Assembly: GCA_964619955.1 (NCBI GenBank) | Contig: CAZUJF010000004.1 | Span: 74,595-138,594, forward strand | Source of the DNA: an uncultured Planctomycetales bacterium | Lineage (GTDB): Bacteria > Planctomycetota > MHYJ01 > JACPRB01 | Length of the DNA: 64,000 nucleotides | Reading direction: 5' to 3' | In this document: positions 8,798-18,687 of the stretch, one piece after another | Position numbering within the stretch: the first letter of the stretch is position 1 | Layout: each line of letters opens with the position of its first letter | Position numbers and translations under genes: made by a program | Notes under the pieces: generated by a model | Told to the model about the DNA's origin: nothing | The model's database searches: none | The model's input: the letters and a program-made list of their open reading frames with translations, nothing else

Positions 8798-9748
8798 TCA
8801 ACTGCGCAGGAACTTTCGCTCCTGGTACCAGCGCAGCGTCTCCCTCAACCCCGCCTCCAGGGCGATGCGCGGGGACCAGCCGAGCACCCGCCCCGCCTTC
8901 GCCGGACTGCAGCACCAGTGGGACTGGGTCATCTCCAGCGCCTTGTCCCGCCCGAAGAGGAGCGGCCGGCCCAGGAGGCGCGCGGCCTCCTCGGCCAGCG
9001 CCCCCAGCCCGCGCAGCACGCGGTCGGGCACGGGAAGCGCCACGGACCCCCCCCCCAGCCCCTCCCCCGCCAGCCCCAGGATCTCCGAAATCGTCCGGGT
9101 CTCGGGATTGCTCAGGTAGAACACCTCGCCGGCCCCCGCGGGGGATTCCGCGGCGGCAAGCATGCCCTCCACCAGGTCCCGGACGTGGATGAGGCTGAGC
9201 CGCTTCGGCCCGCCGATGACGGGACGGACCCCGGCCGCCACCACTTTGAAGAGATCCAGCAGGCCCAGGTCGCGGGGGCCGTACACCACCGGCGGCCGGA
9301 TCACCGTGACGGGCAGACGGTCCCGAAGGCTCCAGACGGCCTGCTCCCCCTCCCATTTCGACTTCCCGTACATCGAGATCGGATCGCAGGGCGTGCTCTC
9401 GTCCGCCTCCGCCCGGGGACCCTGGACCGCGAGGCTGCTCACATGGACGAAGCGGGCGGCCGACGACGCCTCAAAGACCCGGCGCGCCAGGTCCCGGTTG
9501 CCCTCGAGGTAGCCCTCCCAGGCATCCGCCCGAAGGACGCCCGCCACATGGAACACCACGTCGCAGGGGGGAAGGCGGAACGGCCGCGTGAAGTCGAACT
9601 CCAGGAACTCCGCCGCCGAACCCTCGAGCCAGCGGCGGCGGCTGCTGGAGCGGAGCGCCGCCGACACGCGCCATCCCCTCTCCAGCAGGAGATCGACGAG
9701 ATGGGAGCCGACGAACCCGCTCGCTCCCGTGACGATCGCCTTCGGCAT
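8798..9748 (-). CDS. NAD-dependent epimerase/dehydratase (extended SDR)
   Basis: 'VTGASGFVGSHL' Rossmann motif and 'YGKSK' catalytic YxxxK. Confidence 0.8.
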   Translation of the reverse strand: MPKAIVTGASGFVGSHLVDLLLERGWRVSAALRSSSRRRWLEGSAAEFLEFDFTRPFRLPPCDVVFHVAGVLRADAWEGYLEGNRDLARRVFEASSAARFVHVSSLAVQGPRAEADESTPCDPISMYGKSKWEGEQAVWSLRDRLPVTVIRPPVVYGPRDLGLLDLFKVVAAGVRPVIGGPKRLSLIHVRDLVEGMLAAAESPAGAGEVFYLSNPETRTISEILGLAGEGLGGGSVALPVPDRVLRGLGALAEEAARLLGRPLLFGRDKALEMTQSHWCCSPAKAGRVLGWSPRIALEAGLRETLRWYQERKFLRS

Positions 9749-9874
9749 GCCGCCCAGTGTACGGACGTCCTCGCCGCGGCGTAAAGCCCCGAATCCCCTT
9801 GACGCGGCGCGGCGCTTGCCGGAGAGTGAGCCCCCGGACGTCCGGCGGTCGTATCACCCGGGAAAGGAGCCCTC

Positions 9875-10864
9875 TTGATCCAGATCCTGCTCGCGACCCT
9901 GCTGGCCGCCGGGGCCGAACCCGCGCCCCGGGGGATCGCCAAACTCAGCCTCGCCCTGGGCGCCGTCCAGGGCAAGGGCCCCGCCCAGGCGGACTGGGCG
10001 CCCCTCGCCGCGGGCGCGGATCTCGAGGCGGGAACCGCCCTGCGCACCGGCGCCGGCATCCGGGCCGCGCTGGATCTCGCGGACGGCGGCGAACTCCGCC
10101 TGGATGAGAACACCGAGCTGACCCTGGAACAGCCGCGGAAGATCTCGATCAAACACGGCCGGCTCTGGATCCGGATCACCCCGGGCGAGCCCTTCGCCGT
10201 CCGGAACGAATATGCCACCCTCACCTCGACGGAGTGCGTGGCCGACATGACCTTCACCCCCCGGGTCCCGAACACCGACCAGCAGGCGATGACCGTCGTC
10301 TACGTCTTCGAGGGCAAGAGCCTCGTCGCGTCGCGCAAATACACGCAGGACGTGACCACCGGCTACTGGTGCACGCTTCTGGGCGGACAGCTCAACACGC
10401 CCGATCCCATGGGCGACCCCTTCCTGCCCACGCTCTGGCTGCACCCCCTGCTCCGCGAGCGCGGCCCCGCCGCGGCCCGGGAAACGGACCGCCGCGTGCG
10501 CGGGCTGCTGAGCCGCCTGGCGCGGCAGGCGGACAAGGATCCCTACGAAGCCGCGCTCAAGTCGCTGGGCGAACCCTCCTTCGCGTTCCTGGGCTCGTAT
10601 CTCGCCTCGCCGTCGAACCCCTCGGACCTCGCCCGCCGCAACGCCGCGGCGCGGGTCATGGGCGAGGCCGCCACGCTCAAATCCGCCGCCCTGCTGCTGC
10701 CGCTGCTGGGCAACGAGACGCCCGACGTGCGGGTCGTGGCCGCCCGCGGCCTGGCCCGCCTCGGCGGCGGCGATCTCGGCAGGAACGACGCCTACTGGAA
10801 GGGCGAGGACCGGGCCGCCGGCATCAAAGCCTGGGAAGAGTGGATCGCGAAGAACGTCAAATAG
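9875..10864 (+). CDS. Secreted FecR-domain protein with C-terminal HEAT-like repeats
   Basis: Signal peptide, FecR-like beta region ('GADLEAGTALRTGAGIRAALDLADGGELRLDENTEL'), C-terminal 'PDVRVVAARGLARLG' HEAT-type repeats. Confidence 0.5.
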   Translation: MIQILLATLLAAGAEPAPRGIAKLSLALGAVQGKGPAQADWAPLAAGADLEAGTALRTGAGIRAALDLADGGELRLDENTELTLEQPRKISIKHGRLWIRITPGEPFAVRNEYATLTSTECVADMTFTPRVPNTDQQAMTVVYVFEGKSLVASRKYTQDVTTGYWCTLLGGQLNTPDPMGDPFLPTLWLHPLLRERGPAAARETDRRVRGLLSRLARQADKDPYEAALKSLGEPSFAFLGSYLASPSNPSDLARRNAAARVMGEAATLKSAALLLPLLGNETPDVRVVAARGLARLGGGDLGRNDAYWKGEDRAAGIKAWEEWIAKNVK

Positions 10865-10876
10865 AAGGACCCCTCC

Positions 10877-11761
10877 ATGCTCAGCACCGCCCTCCTGGCC
10901 CTCTGCGCCGTCCAGGACGTGCTCGTCACGACCGACTGGGCCTTCCAGAACCTCCGCAGCGAGAAGGTCCGCTTCGTCGAGGTCAGCGTCGACCCCGGCG
11001 TCTATGAAAAGGGCCACCTGCGCGGGGCCGTGGGATTCAAGTGGCACAGCGAGCTCTGCGATCCCGTGAGCCGGGACATCGTCCCCCAGGACCGCTTCGA
11101 AAAACTCTGCCGCGAGGCGGGCATCTCCGACGACACCACCGTGGTCCTCTACGGCGACCTGAACAACTGGTTCGCCTGCTGGGGCCACTGGATCTTCACG
11201 ATGTACGGCCACACGAACCTCAAGCTGATGGACGGGGGCCGCAAAAAGTGGGAGCTGGAGAAGCGCCCGATGGACACCGCCGTGCCTCAGCCTGCGCCGG
11301 GGAATTTCAAGGCGAAAACCCCCGACCTGAGGCTGCGCGCGCGGCTCGCGGACGTGCTCAAGGTCGTCCGCAAGGAGGAGCCCGGCGTCTTCGTCGACGT
11401 GCGCTCCCCCGACGAACACCACGGCAAGGTCTTCGCCCCGCCGGGGATCCAGGAGCTCTCGATCCGCGCGGGCTGCATCCCCGGCGCGCGCAGCATCCCC
11501 TGGAACCGCGCGGTGAACGAGGACGGCAGCTTCAAGCCCGTCGACGAGCTCCGCAAGCTCTACGCGGACGCGGGCATCGACGGCAAAGCCCCCGTGATCG
11601 CGTACTGCCGGATCGGCGAACGCTCCAGCCACAGCTGGTTCGTGCTGAAATTCCTGCTCGGCTACGACGCCCGCAACTACGACGGCTCGTGGACCGAGTA
11701 CGGGAACGCGGTCGGCGTCCCGGTCGAAAACAAGGCGGGCACCGTCTGGACGGGCAAATAG
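10877..11761 (+). CDS. Thiosulfate/3-mercaptopyruvate sulfurtransferase (two-domain rhodanese, SseA-like)
   Basis: Tandem rhodanese domains with active-site 'YCRIGERSS' in the second domain. Confidence 0.8.
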   Translation: MLSTALLALCAVQDVLVTTDWAFQNLRSEKVRFVEVSVDPGVYEKGHLRGAVGFKWHSELCDPVSRDIVPQDRFEKLCREAGISDDTTVVLYGDLNNWFACWGHWIFTMYGHTNLKLMDGGRKKWELEKRPMDTAVPQPAPGNFKAKTPDLRLRARLADVLKVVRKEEPGVFVDVRSPDEHHGKVFAPPGIQELSIRAGCIPGARSIPWNRAVNEDGSFKPVDELRKLYADAGIDGKAPVIAYCRIGERSSHSWFVLKFLLGYDARNYDGSWTEYGNAVGVPVENKAGTVWTGK

Positions 11762-11766
11762 GGCGG

Positions 11767-12936
11767 ATGATCCGGACGCTCGCCGCGACCCTCACCGCAG
11801 CGGCGCTGGCGGGGGCCGCGTTTTGGCTGCACGGCGCCCGCGGCTACGGCCGGGACTACTCGTTCATGCTGCTCATGGGCGCCGGCCTCGGCGTCTGCCT
11901 GCAGCGCTCGCAGCTCTGCTTCAACTCCGCGCTGCGGGACCTTTTCCAGAGGCGGGAGCGCAGGGCCTCGACCGGCTTCCTGGCCGCGCTCGCGGCGGGG
12001 AGCATCGGCTACACGATCGTCTATCTCGCTCAGCTGCCCGATCCCGCGCGGTATCTCCCGGACACGGCGCACGTCGGGCCGGCGAGCTGGGTCGGCTTCC
12101 TGGGCGGCTTCCTCTTCGGGTTCGGATTGATCCTGGGCGGCGGCTGCATCAGCGGGCATCTGTTCCGGCTCGGGGAGGGCTCGCTGACGCCGCTCGCGGG
12201 GCTGCTCGCGGTCGTCCCGGGCTGCTGGCTCGGGCTGCTGCTTTGGAACCCGCTCTACCTCTCCACCCTGTCCACCGCCCCGGTCGTCTGGCTGCCCCGC
12301 ACGTTCGGGTACGCGGGGTCCCTGACGCTGCAGCTGCTCGCGCTGGCGGGACTCGCCGTTCTGCTGCTGCGGAAGACGCGCGCCGCGCCCCCTCCCCCGC
12401 CGGAGCCCGACGGTCTGCCCGGCGCGCTGCGGACGCTGCTCGTGCGGCGCTGGCCGGCGTGGGTGGGCGGCACGGCGATCGGATTGCTGGGGACCTTCGC
12501 GTTCATGATCGTCGAGCCGCTCGGGGTGACGTCGCCGTTCGGACGCTGGGCGCGCCTGTCGGGAAGCGCGCTGGGCATGGTCCCGGAACGACTCGAGGGC
12601 CTGGACCGCATGGCCGGCTGCCGGGCCATCGTCAGCGGGAACCCGCTCACGCCGCCGCTGGTCCTGGTGCTCGCGCTCGTGGCGGGCAGTTTCCTCGCGG
12701 CGCTCCTCTCCGGGGAGTTCCGCCCGCGGCTCGGGACCTGGAAGGGCCGCCTGCGCGCGATCGCCGGAGGCTTCCTCATCGGCCTCGGCGCGTCGGTCTC
12801 GCTGGGCTGTACGATCGGCACGCTGCTTTCGGGAATCATGGCCCATTCGCTGCACGGATGGATCTTCGGGGCGGGGCTGCTGCTCGGCGCCTGGGCGGCG
12901 CTCCGGGGCCCCGCCGCCCCCTGTACAAGCCCCTGA
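11767..12936 (+). CDS. YeeE/YedE family sulfur-compound (thiosulfate) transporter
   Basis: Two repeats with 'GGGCISG'/'SLGCTIG' Cys-containing motifs typical of YeeE/YedE (TsuA). Polytopic membrane protein. ATG 6 nt after the rhodanese stop. Confidence 0.75.
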   Translation: MIRTLAATLTAAALAGAAFWLHGARGYGRDYSFMLLMGAGLGVCLQRSQLCFNSALRDLFQRRERRASTGFLAALAAGSIGYTIVYLAQLPDPARYLPDTAHVGPASWVGFLGGFLFGFGLILGGGCISGHLFRLGEGSLTPLAGLLAVVPGCWLGLLLWNPLYLSTLSTAPVVWLPRTFGYAGSLTLQLLALAGLAVLLLRKTRAAPPPPPEPDGLPGALRTLLVRRWPAWVGGTAIGLLGTFAFMIVEPLGVTSPFGRWARLSGSALGMVPERLEGLDRMAGCRAIVSGNPLTPPLVLVLALVAGSFLAALLSGEFRPRLGTWKGRLRAIAGGFLIGLGASVSLGCTIGTLLSGIMAHSLHGWIFGAGLLLGAWAALRGPAAPCTSP

Positions 12937-12957
12937 GCGGCGGTTACGCTCTGGCCC

Positions 12958-13653
12958 GTGATCACGCATCTCTTCTTCGACGCCGGCAACACGCTGGTCT
13001 ATCCGAACATGGACCTCGTCGCGGAAGTCGTCACCCGCCACGGCGCCCCGGTCGCCGCCGCCGCGCTGGAGGAGGCCGAACTCCACGCGCGGGCCGTGCT
13101 GGATCATCCGGACGTCATCCGGGACACGAACGACCACACGCGCTGGCTGCTGTATTTCGAGCGCATCCTCGGCCGCTGCGGCGTGACGGATGCCGGCATC
13201 CTCCACGCCTCGCTGGAGGAGCTCAAGGCGAGGCACCGGAAAAGCAACCTTTGGGAGCGCGTGCCGGCGGACGTGCCGGCGACGCTCGCCCGCCTGCAGG
13301 GGCGCTTCCGGCTCGCCGTCATCTCGAACGCGAACGGGACGGTGCGGGACAAGCTCGTGCGCGTGGGGCTGGCCGGCTACTTCGAAGTCATCCTGGACTC
13401 GCACGAGGAAGGGATCGAGAAGCCCGACCCGAGGATCTTCCAAAGCGCCATGGAGCGGACGGGGGCGCGGCCCGAGGAGTCCGTCTACATCGGCGACATG
13501 TACCACATCGACGTGACGGGGTCGCGGGCGGCGGGCATGACGGCGGTGCTGATCGACCCCGCGAACGCGCATCCGGACAAGGCGGTGCCGCGGATCCCGG
13601 ACCTGGGGGGCCTGCTCGCGTGGATTGACGCCCTCCCCGGGGCCTCCCTATAA
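12958..13653 (+). CDS. HAD-superfamily hydrolase (subfamily IA)
   Basis: 'FFDAGNTL' motif I, 'ISNANG' motif II region, 'GDMYHIDVTG' motif IV. Confidence 0.65.
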   Translation: MITHLFFDAGNTLVYPNMDLVAEVVTRHGAPVAAAALEEAELHARAVLDHPDVIRDTNDHTRWLLYFERILGRCGVTDAGILHASLEELKARHRKSNLWERVPADVPATLARLQGRFRLAVISNANGTVRDKLVRVGLAGYFEVILDSHEEGIEKPDPRIFQSAMERTGARPEESVYIGDMYHIDVTGSRAAGMTAVLIDPANAHPDKAVPRIPDLGGLLAWIDALPGASL

Positions 13654-13663
13654 TCGATTCAGC

Positions 13664-15520
13664 ATGTCCTACCTGCTCGTCCGTGAGATGGGCCAGGAGC
13701 GCCCCCACCCGATCTCGGAGCCCGAAATCCTGATCGGACGCTCCCGGCAGAACCACGTGAAGCTGCTCACGGAGCAGGCCTCGCGGCAGCACTGCCGGCT
13801 GCTGAAGACCGACAAGACCTACCGTCTCATCGACGGCAATTCGTCGAACGGGACCTACGTGAACGGGCTGCGGGTCCAGGAGAAGGATCTCGCCGAGGGC
13901 GACTCCATCACCATCGGCAACGCGGCGATGATCTACCACGCGGGGGATCCCCCCGCCCGGCCGATCTTCAAGCTGCCGGACCCCGCGCAGTTCCAGTTCC
14001 CGCTGGACGACCGCAACGTCCGCATCCTGCTGCGGACCGTGGTCAATGCGGCGTCGACGCAGTCCCTGGACGCCTTCCTGCGCTCGGCGGTGGACGACGT
14101 CGTCGAGATCGCCCAGGCGGAGCGCGGCGTGCTCTACACGCGGGAGACGGGGGAACTCAAGCCGCTGGTCGCGCGGGACAGCGCCCGGAAGGACCTGCCC
14201 GAGCTGATCGGCATCAGCCGCTCCATCCCCCAGCAGGTCTGGGAGCACCGCAAGCCGATCTTTCTGCTGGACACCGAGAACCAGAAGGAGGCGCTGCAGT
14301 CCCAGAGCGTCTCGCTCTACCACCTGCGCACGATCATGTGCGCGCCGCTGCGGGTGGGCGAGAAGCTGCTGGGGGTGCTCTACGTCGACAGCCATGCGAA
14401 GCTTCGGGAGTACACGCAGACGGACCTGCAGATCTTCGAGGCGGTGGCGAACTACCTGGCCCTGACGATGGAGAACGTCCGGGCCGCGCAGGACCAGAAG
14501 CTGCAGGTCGACGCGCGCCGGAGCCTGCTGGAGCGGGAGAACGTCCTGCTGCGCTCGGCGCTGGAGCAGCGGAGCCACCTCATCGGCGAATGCGCGGCGA
14601 TGAAGTCGATTTACGAGAACGTGCGGAAGGTGGCGCCGACGGACGCGACGGTGCTGGTGCTGGGCGAAAGCGGCACGGGCAAGGAGGCGATCGCGCACGT
14701 CATCCACGACATTTCGCCGAGGTCCGCGAAGCCGTTCGTCGTGATCGACTGCGCGGCGATCCCGGAGACGCTGCTGGAGAGCGAGCTGTTCGGATACGAG
14801 AAGGGCGCGTTCACGGGGGCGGTGGCGCAGAAGCCGGGCAAGCTGGAACTGGCCCAGGGCGGGACGGTGTTTCTCGACGAGATGGGCGAACTGTCCCTGA
14901 ACCTGCAGGTCAAGCTCCTGCGGGCGCTGGAGCAGCGAACGATCACCCGGGTGGGCGGAGTGGAGCCGATCAGCATCGACATCCGGCTGGTGGCCGCCAC
15001 GAACCGGAACCTGGAGGATCTGGTCAAGCAGGGGAAGTTCCGCCAGGACCTCTACTTCAGGTTGAAGGTGGTGTCGGTGCTGCTGCCGCCGCTGCGGGAC
15101 CGCGGGGAGGACATCCTGCTGCTGGCGGACTATTTCCTGGCGGAGTCGAACAAGCTGAACGACCGCATGGTGAGGGGCTTCAGCGAAGGCGCCCGCACGG
15201 CGATGAAGGGGCACCGCTGGGAGGGGAACATCCGGGAGTTGAAACACCGGATCGAGCAGGCGGTGATCCTCTCGAGCAACCAGTATCTGTCGACCGAGGA
15301 TCTGAATCTCGCCTCGGTGGTGAGCACCTTCCGCTCACTCGAGACGGCGCGGGACTTCTTTGAAAAGACCTATCTGCTGCAGGCGCTCGCGCGGAACAAC
15401 TACAACGTCACCCACACGGCCCGGGAACTGGACCTCTCCCGCCAGCACCTGCAGAACCTGATCAAGAAGCACGGGATCACCCGGGTCATCGAAGGGGACG
15501 ACGTCCCCGCCACGCTATAA
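13664..15520 (+). CDS. Sigma-54-dependent transcriptional activator (bEBP) with N-terminal FHA and GAF domains and C-terminal Fis-type HTH
   Basis: FHA ('GRSRQNHVKL...NGTYVNG'), GAF, AAA+ with Walker A 'GESGTGKE', 'GAFTGA' sigma-54 contact loop, C-terminal HTH. The ATG at 13664 begins 'MSYLLVRE'. Confidence 0.85.
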   Translation: MSYLLVREMGQERPHPISEPEILIGRSRQNHVKLLTEQASRQHCRLLKTDKTYRLIDGNSSNGTYVNGLRVQEKDLAEGDSITIGNAAMIYHAGDPPARPIFKLPDPAQFQFPLDDRNVRILLRTVVNAASTQSLDAFLRSAVDDVVEIAQAERGVLYTRETGELKPLVARDSARKDLPELIGISRSIPQQVWEHRKPIFLLDTENQKEALQSQSVSLYHLRTIMCAPLRVGEKLLGVLYVDSHAKLREYTQTDLQIFEAVANYLALTMENVRAAQDQKLQVDARRSLLERENVLLRSALEQRSHLIGECAAMKSIYENVRKVAPTDATVLVLGESGTGKEAIAHVIHDISPRSAKPFVVIDCAAIPETLLESELFGYEKGAFTGAVAQKPGKLELAQGGTVFLDEMGELSLNLQVKLLRALEQRTITRVGGVEPISIDIRLVAATNRNLEDLVKQGKFRQDLYFRLKVVSVLLPPLRDRGEDILLLADYFLAESNKLNDRMVRGFSEGARTAMKGHRWEGNIRELKHRIEQAVILSSNQYLSTEDLNLASVVSTFRSLETARDFFEKTYLLQALARNNYNVTHTARELDLSRQHLQNLIKKHGITRVIEGDDVPATL

Positions 15521-15674
15521 AGTGTCGTTTCAGCACTCCGGACTGCCAACTTTACTTGTCACTCTAACACTTTAGCCCCCAATCGTTTACAGAGCGAACA
15601 GAGATACGACAAGTGGGATTGGCATGAGCGGCTGGAGAGACCTCATTTCCAGCGTCCAAATGCCCTCTTTGGCA

Positions 15675-15690
15675 TGGCATGCCCCTTGCT
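15675..15690 (+). promoter_or_regulatory. Sigma-54-type -24/-12 element (TGGCAT-N5-TTGCT)
   Basis: GG and GC dinucleotides at canonical spacing. Lies in the AT-richer intergenic region about 60 nt upstream of an intrinsic terminator. Confidence 0.35.
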
Positions 15691-15746
15691 CATAAGCACC
15701 CCATAGAAGAACGATAAGCCGTAAAAAATTAGATCCCGCTCCAACT

Positions 15747-15777
15747 GCCCCGACCCGTAGTCGGGGCGCTTTATTTT
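15747..15777 (+). terminator. Rho-independent terminator
   Basis: GCCCCGAC-ccgta-GTCGGGGC stem followed by gcTTTATTTT. Confidence 0.7.
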
Positions 15778-15891
15778 AAAGCAGTTTTCCCACCCGCCCC
15801 CTCGTAGACCCTGGCCGCCGGATTCCGCGCCATCCCCTCCTTGTGAGACCTAAACAGACACATCACTGTCCGATACTCCTTTCGAAGCGAT

Positions 15892-15926
15892 GTTACGTGG
15901 CGTAACACGACGTTACGCCACGTAAC
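15892..15926. promoter_or_regulatory. Paired 15-bp inverted repeat operator/UAS candidate (GTTACGTGGCGTAAC-acgac-GTTACGCCACGTAAC)
   Basis: Perfect reverse-complement 15-mers separated by 5 bp. Each is a GTTACG-N3-CGTAAC palindrome. The pair lies 45-80 bp upstream of the sigma-54 element in front of recA. Confidence 0.5.
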
Positions 15927-15969
15927 ACGGAGCGGCGGCGGGCGCGCGCCGCTCCCGGGGACGCGTGTG

Positions 15970-15985
15970 TGGCACGCTCTTTGCG
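15970..15985 (+). promoter_or_regulatory. Consensus sigma-54 promoter (TGGCAC-N5-TTGCG) upstream of recA
   Basis: Exact match to TGGCAC-N5-TTGC, about 65 nt upstream of the recA ATG. Confidence 0.55.
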
Positions 15986-15992
15986 CAATTGC

Positions 15993-16021
15993 TTGACGCT
16001 CAATTTTGAGGAGAGTCTAAT
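15993..16021 (+). promoter_or_regulatory. Sigma-70-like promoter for recA (TTGACG-N17-TCTAAT)
   Basis: -35 TTGACG, 17-bp spacer, -10 TCTAAT. RBS AAGGAGAG follows at 16038. Confidence 0.4.
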
Positions 16022-16049
16022 GAACGCCTTACTCGAAAAGGAGAGAGGT

Positions 16050-17186
<1,137 letters not shown>

Positions 17187-17206
17187 CCCCGGAAAAGCGA
17201 TCCGAA

Positions 17207-17240
17207 GGGGGCGGGCCCGAAAGGACCCGCCCCCTTTTTT
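17207..17240 (+). terminator. Rho-independent terminator of recA
   Basis: GGGGGCGGG-cccgaaagga-CCCGCCCCC stem followed by TTTTTT. Confidence 0.85.
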
Positions 17241-17342
17241 CATCCCGGACGGGGGGTGCAGCCCCGATCTACAGCACACCCCAAAAGACGCAGCATTGAT
17301 TTACCCCGCCCTCCGACCCCGCCGCGGAGCGGGCAAGCGTAG

Positions 17343-17462
17343 TATCCCCGGTAACCGTTCCGGGTTGGTAGGGCGCAAGGCGAGAGGCGAAATGCGTGGG
17401 ACATGCACGCCTGCCGCCTCTCGCCTCACGCCTGTAACACCCCCCGAACGGTTACTATCCCC
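17343..17462 (+). ncRNA. Structured RNA element or leader upstream of the hydrolase-like gene (nested inverted repeats)
   Basis: Outer pair GTAACCGTTC (17351-17360) / GAACGGTTAC (17446-17455). Inner 11-bp perfect stem GGCGAGAGGCG / CGCCTCTCGCC (17379-17389 / 17415-17425) encloses a GCGTG-ggacatg-CACGC hairpin. TATCCCC occurs at both ends. Confidence 0.3.
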
Positions 17463-17491
17463 GAAGACCCCCTCTTACCAGGAGAAGACCC

Positions 17492-18652
17492 GTGAGATTG
17501 GCCCCCCTGCTGCTGCTGACCCTCGCCGCCCAGACGGAACCCGCCGAAACGATCCCCGTCTACGCCTGCATCAGCGTCCCTCCCCACGAAAGCACGCCGG
17601 CACGCTACCGGGAACTGGCCGAGGCCGGATTCACGACCAGCCTGACCGGCTTCGACAACCTGGGGCAGGCGCTCCAGGCGCTGGATGCCGCCCAGGGCAC
17701 GGGCGTGACGCTCTTCATCACCTGCCCCGAGCTGAAAAACTCCCCCGTCGAAACGGCCCGCACCCTCTCCAAACACCCGGCGCTCGCCGGATACCACCTG
17801 CAGGATGAACCCTCCGCAGCCGACTTCCCGGCCCTCGCCGCCTGGCAGGAGACCATCCAGGCGATCGATCCCAAGCACCCCTGCTACGTCAATCTGTTCC
17901 CGATTTACGCCAGCCCCAAACAACTCGGAACGAAGACGTACCAGGAGCATGTCGACCAGTTCGTCAAGATCGTCAGGCCCCCGCTGATCTCGTTCGACAA
18001 CTACCCCACCTCCACGGGGAAGCTGAATCCCGACCTCTACACGAACCTGGAGATCATCGCAACCGCCGCGCGGGGCGCATCCAAACCCTTTTGGGGCTTT
18101 TATCAGGTGATCCTCTGGGATGCGATGCCCCCGCGCACCCTCGCCCAGCTGCGGCTCGAGAGCTTCAGCAATCTCGCGTACGGCGCCCAAGGCCTCCAGG
18201 CCTTCACCTACTGGATGCCGGGCTTCCCGAAGCACCGTGACACCCCCATCGACGCCCAAGGCAAACGCACCCCCGTCTACGACCTGGTCAAACGCCTCAA
18301 CGGCGAAATCCGCGCCCTCTCGCGCGTCTTCAAGGACGCCCGGGTCCGGGACGTCGCCCACGCCGGGACGCCCCTCCCCCCCGGCACGCGCCCGTTCGTG
18401 GGCGTGCCCGGGCTGACCCGGCTGGACGTCGGCGCCGGCAGCGCCGTCGTCTCGCACCTGACGAAGGCCGGCCGGGACTACCTCGCCCTCGTCAACAAGG
18501 ACCTCCAGCACCCCCTGAAGCTGACGGCCGTCTTCGCCGACCCCCGGAAGATCCTGGAGATCCGGAGGGACGGCCGGGACCGACCTCCCGCCGGCGCCGA
18601 ATTCAGCATGGAGCCCGGGGACGTCCTGATCTTCCAGATCGCTTCGCCTTGA
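17492..18652 (+). CDS. Secreted TIM-barrel glycoside-hydrolase-like protein (function uncertain)
   Basis: Signal peptide 'MRLAPLLLLTLAA', GTG start preceded by RBS AGGAGA. The GH assignment rests only on fold-level resemblance. Confidence 0.35.
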   Translation: MRLAPLLLLTLAAQTEPAETIPVYACISVPPHESTPARYRELAEAGFTTSLTGFDNLGQALQALDAAQGTGVTLFITCPELKNSPVETARTLSKHPALAGYHLQDEPSAADFPALAAWQETIQAIDPKHPCYVNLFPIYASPKQLGTKTYQEHVDQFVKIVRPPLISFDNYPTSTGKLNPDLYTNLEIIATAARGASKPFWGFYQVILWDAMPPRTLAQLRLESFSNLAYGAQGLQAFTYWMPGFPKHRDTPIDAQGKRTPVYDLVKRLNGEIRALSRVFKDARVRDVAHAGTPLPPGTRPFVGVPGLTRLDVGAGSAVVSHLTKAGRDYLALVNKDLQHPLKLTAVFADPRKILEIRRDGRDRPPAGAEFSMEPGDVLIFQIASP

Positions 18653-18687
18653 CACCCCCGGGGGGCCTCCCGATAATCAGCCCCCCG

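Noticed and set aside
15520-15960. Possible tRNA or mobile element remnant in the AT-richer 440-bp intergenic region
   Set aside because: No tRNA T-loop or anticodon-arm signature, no terminal inverted repeats or direct duplications, and no transposase or integrase fragment. It is better explained as a regulatory or sRNA region.
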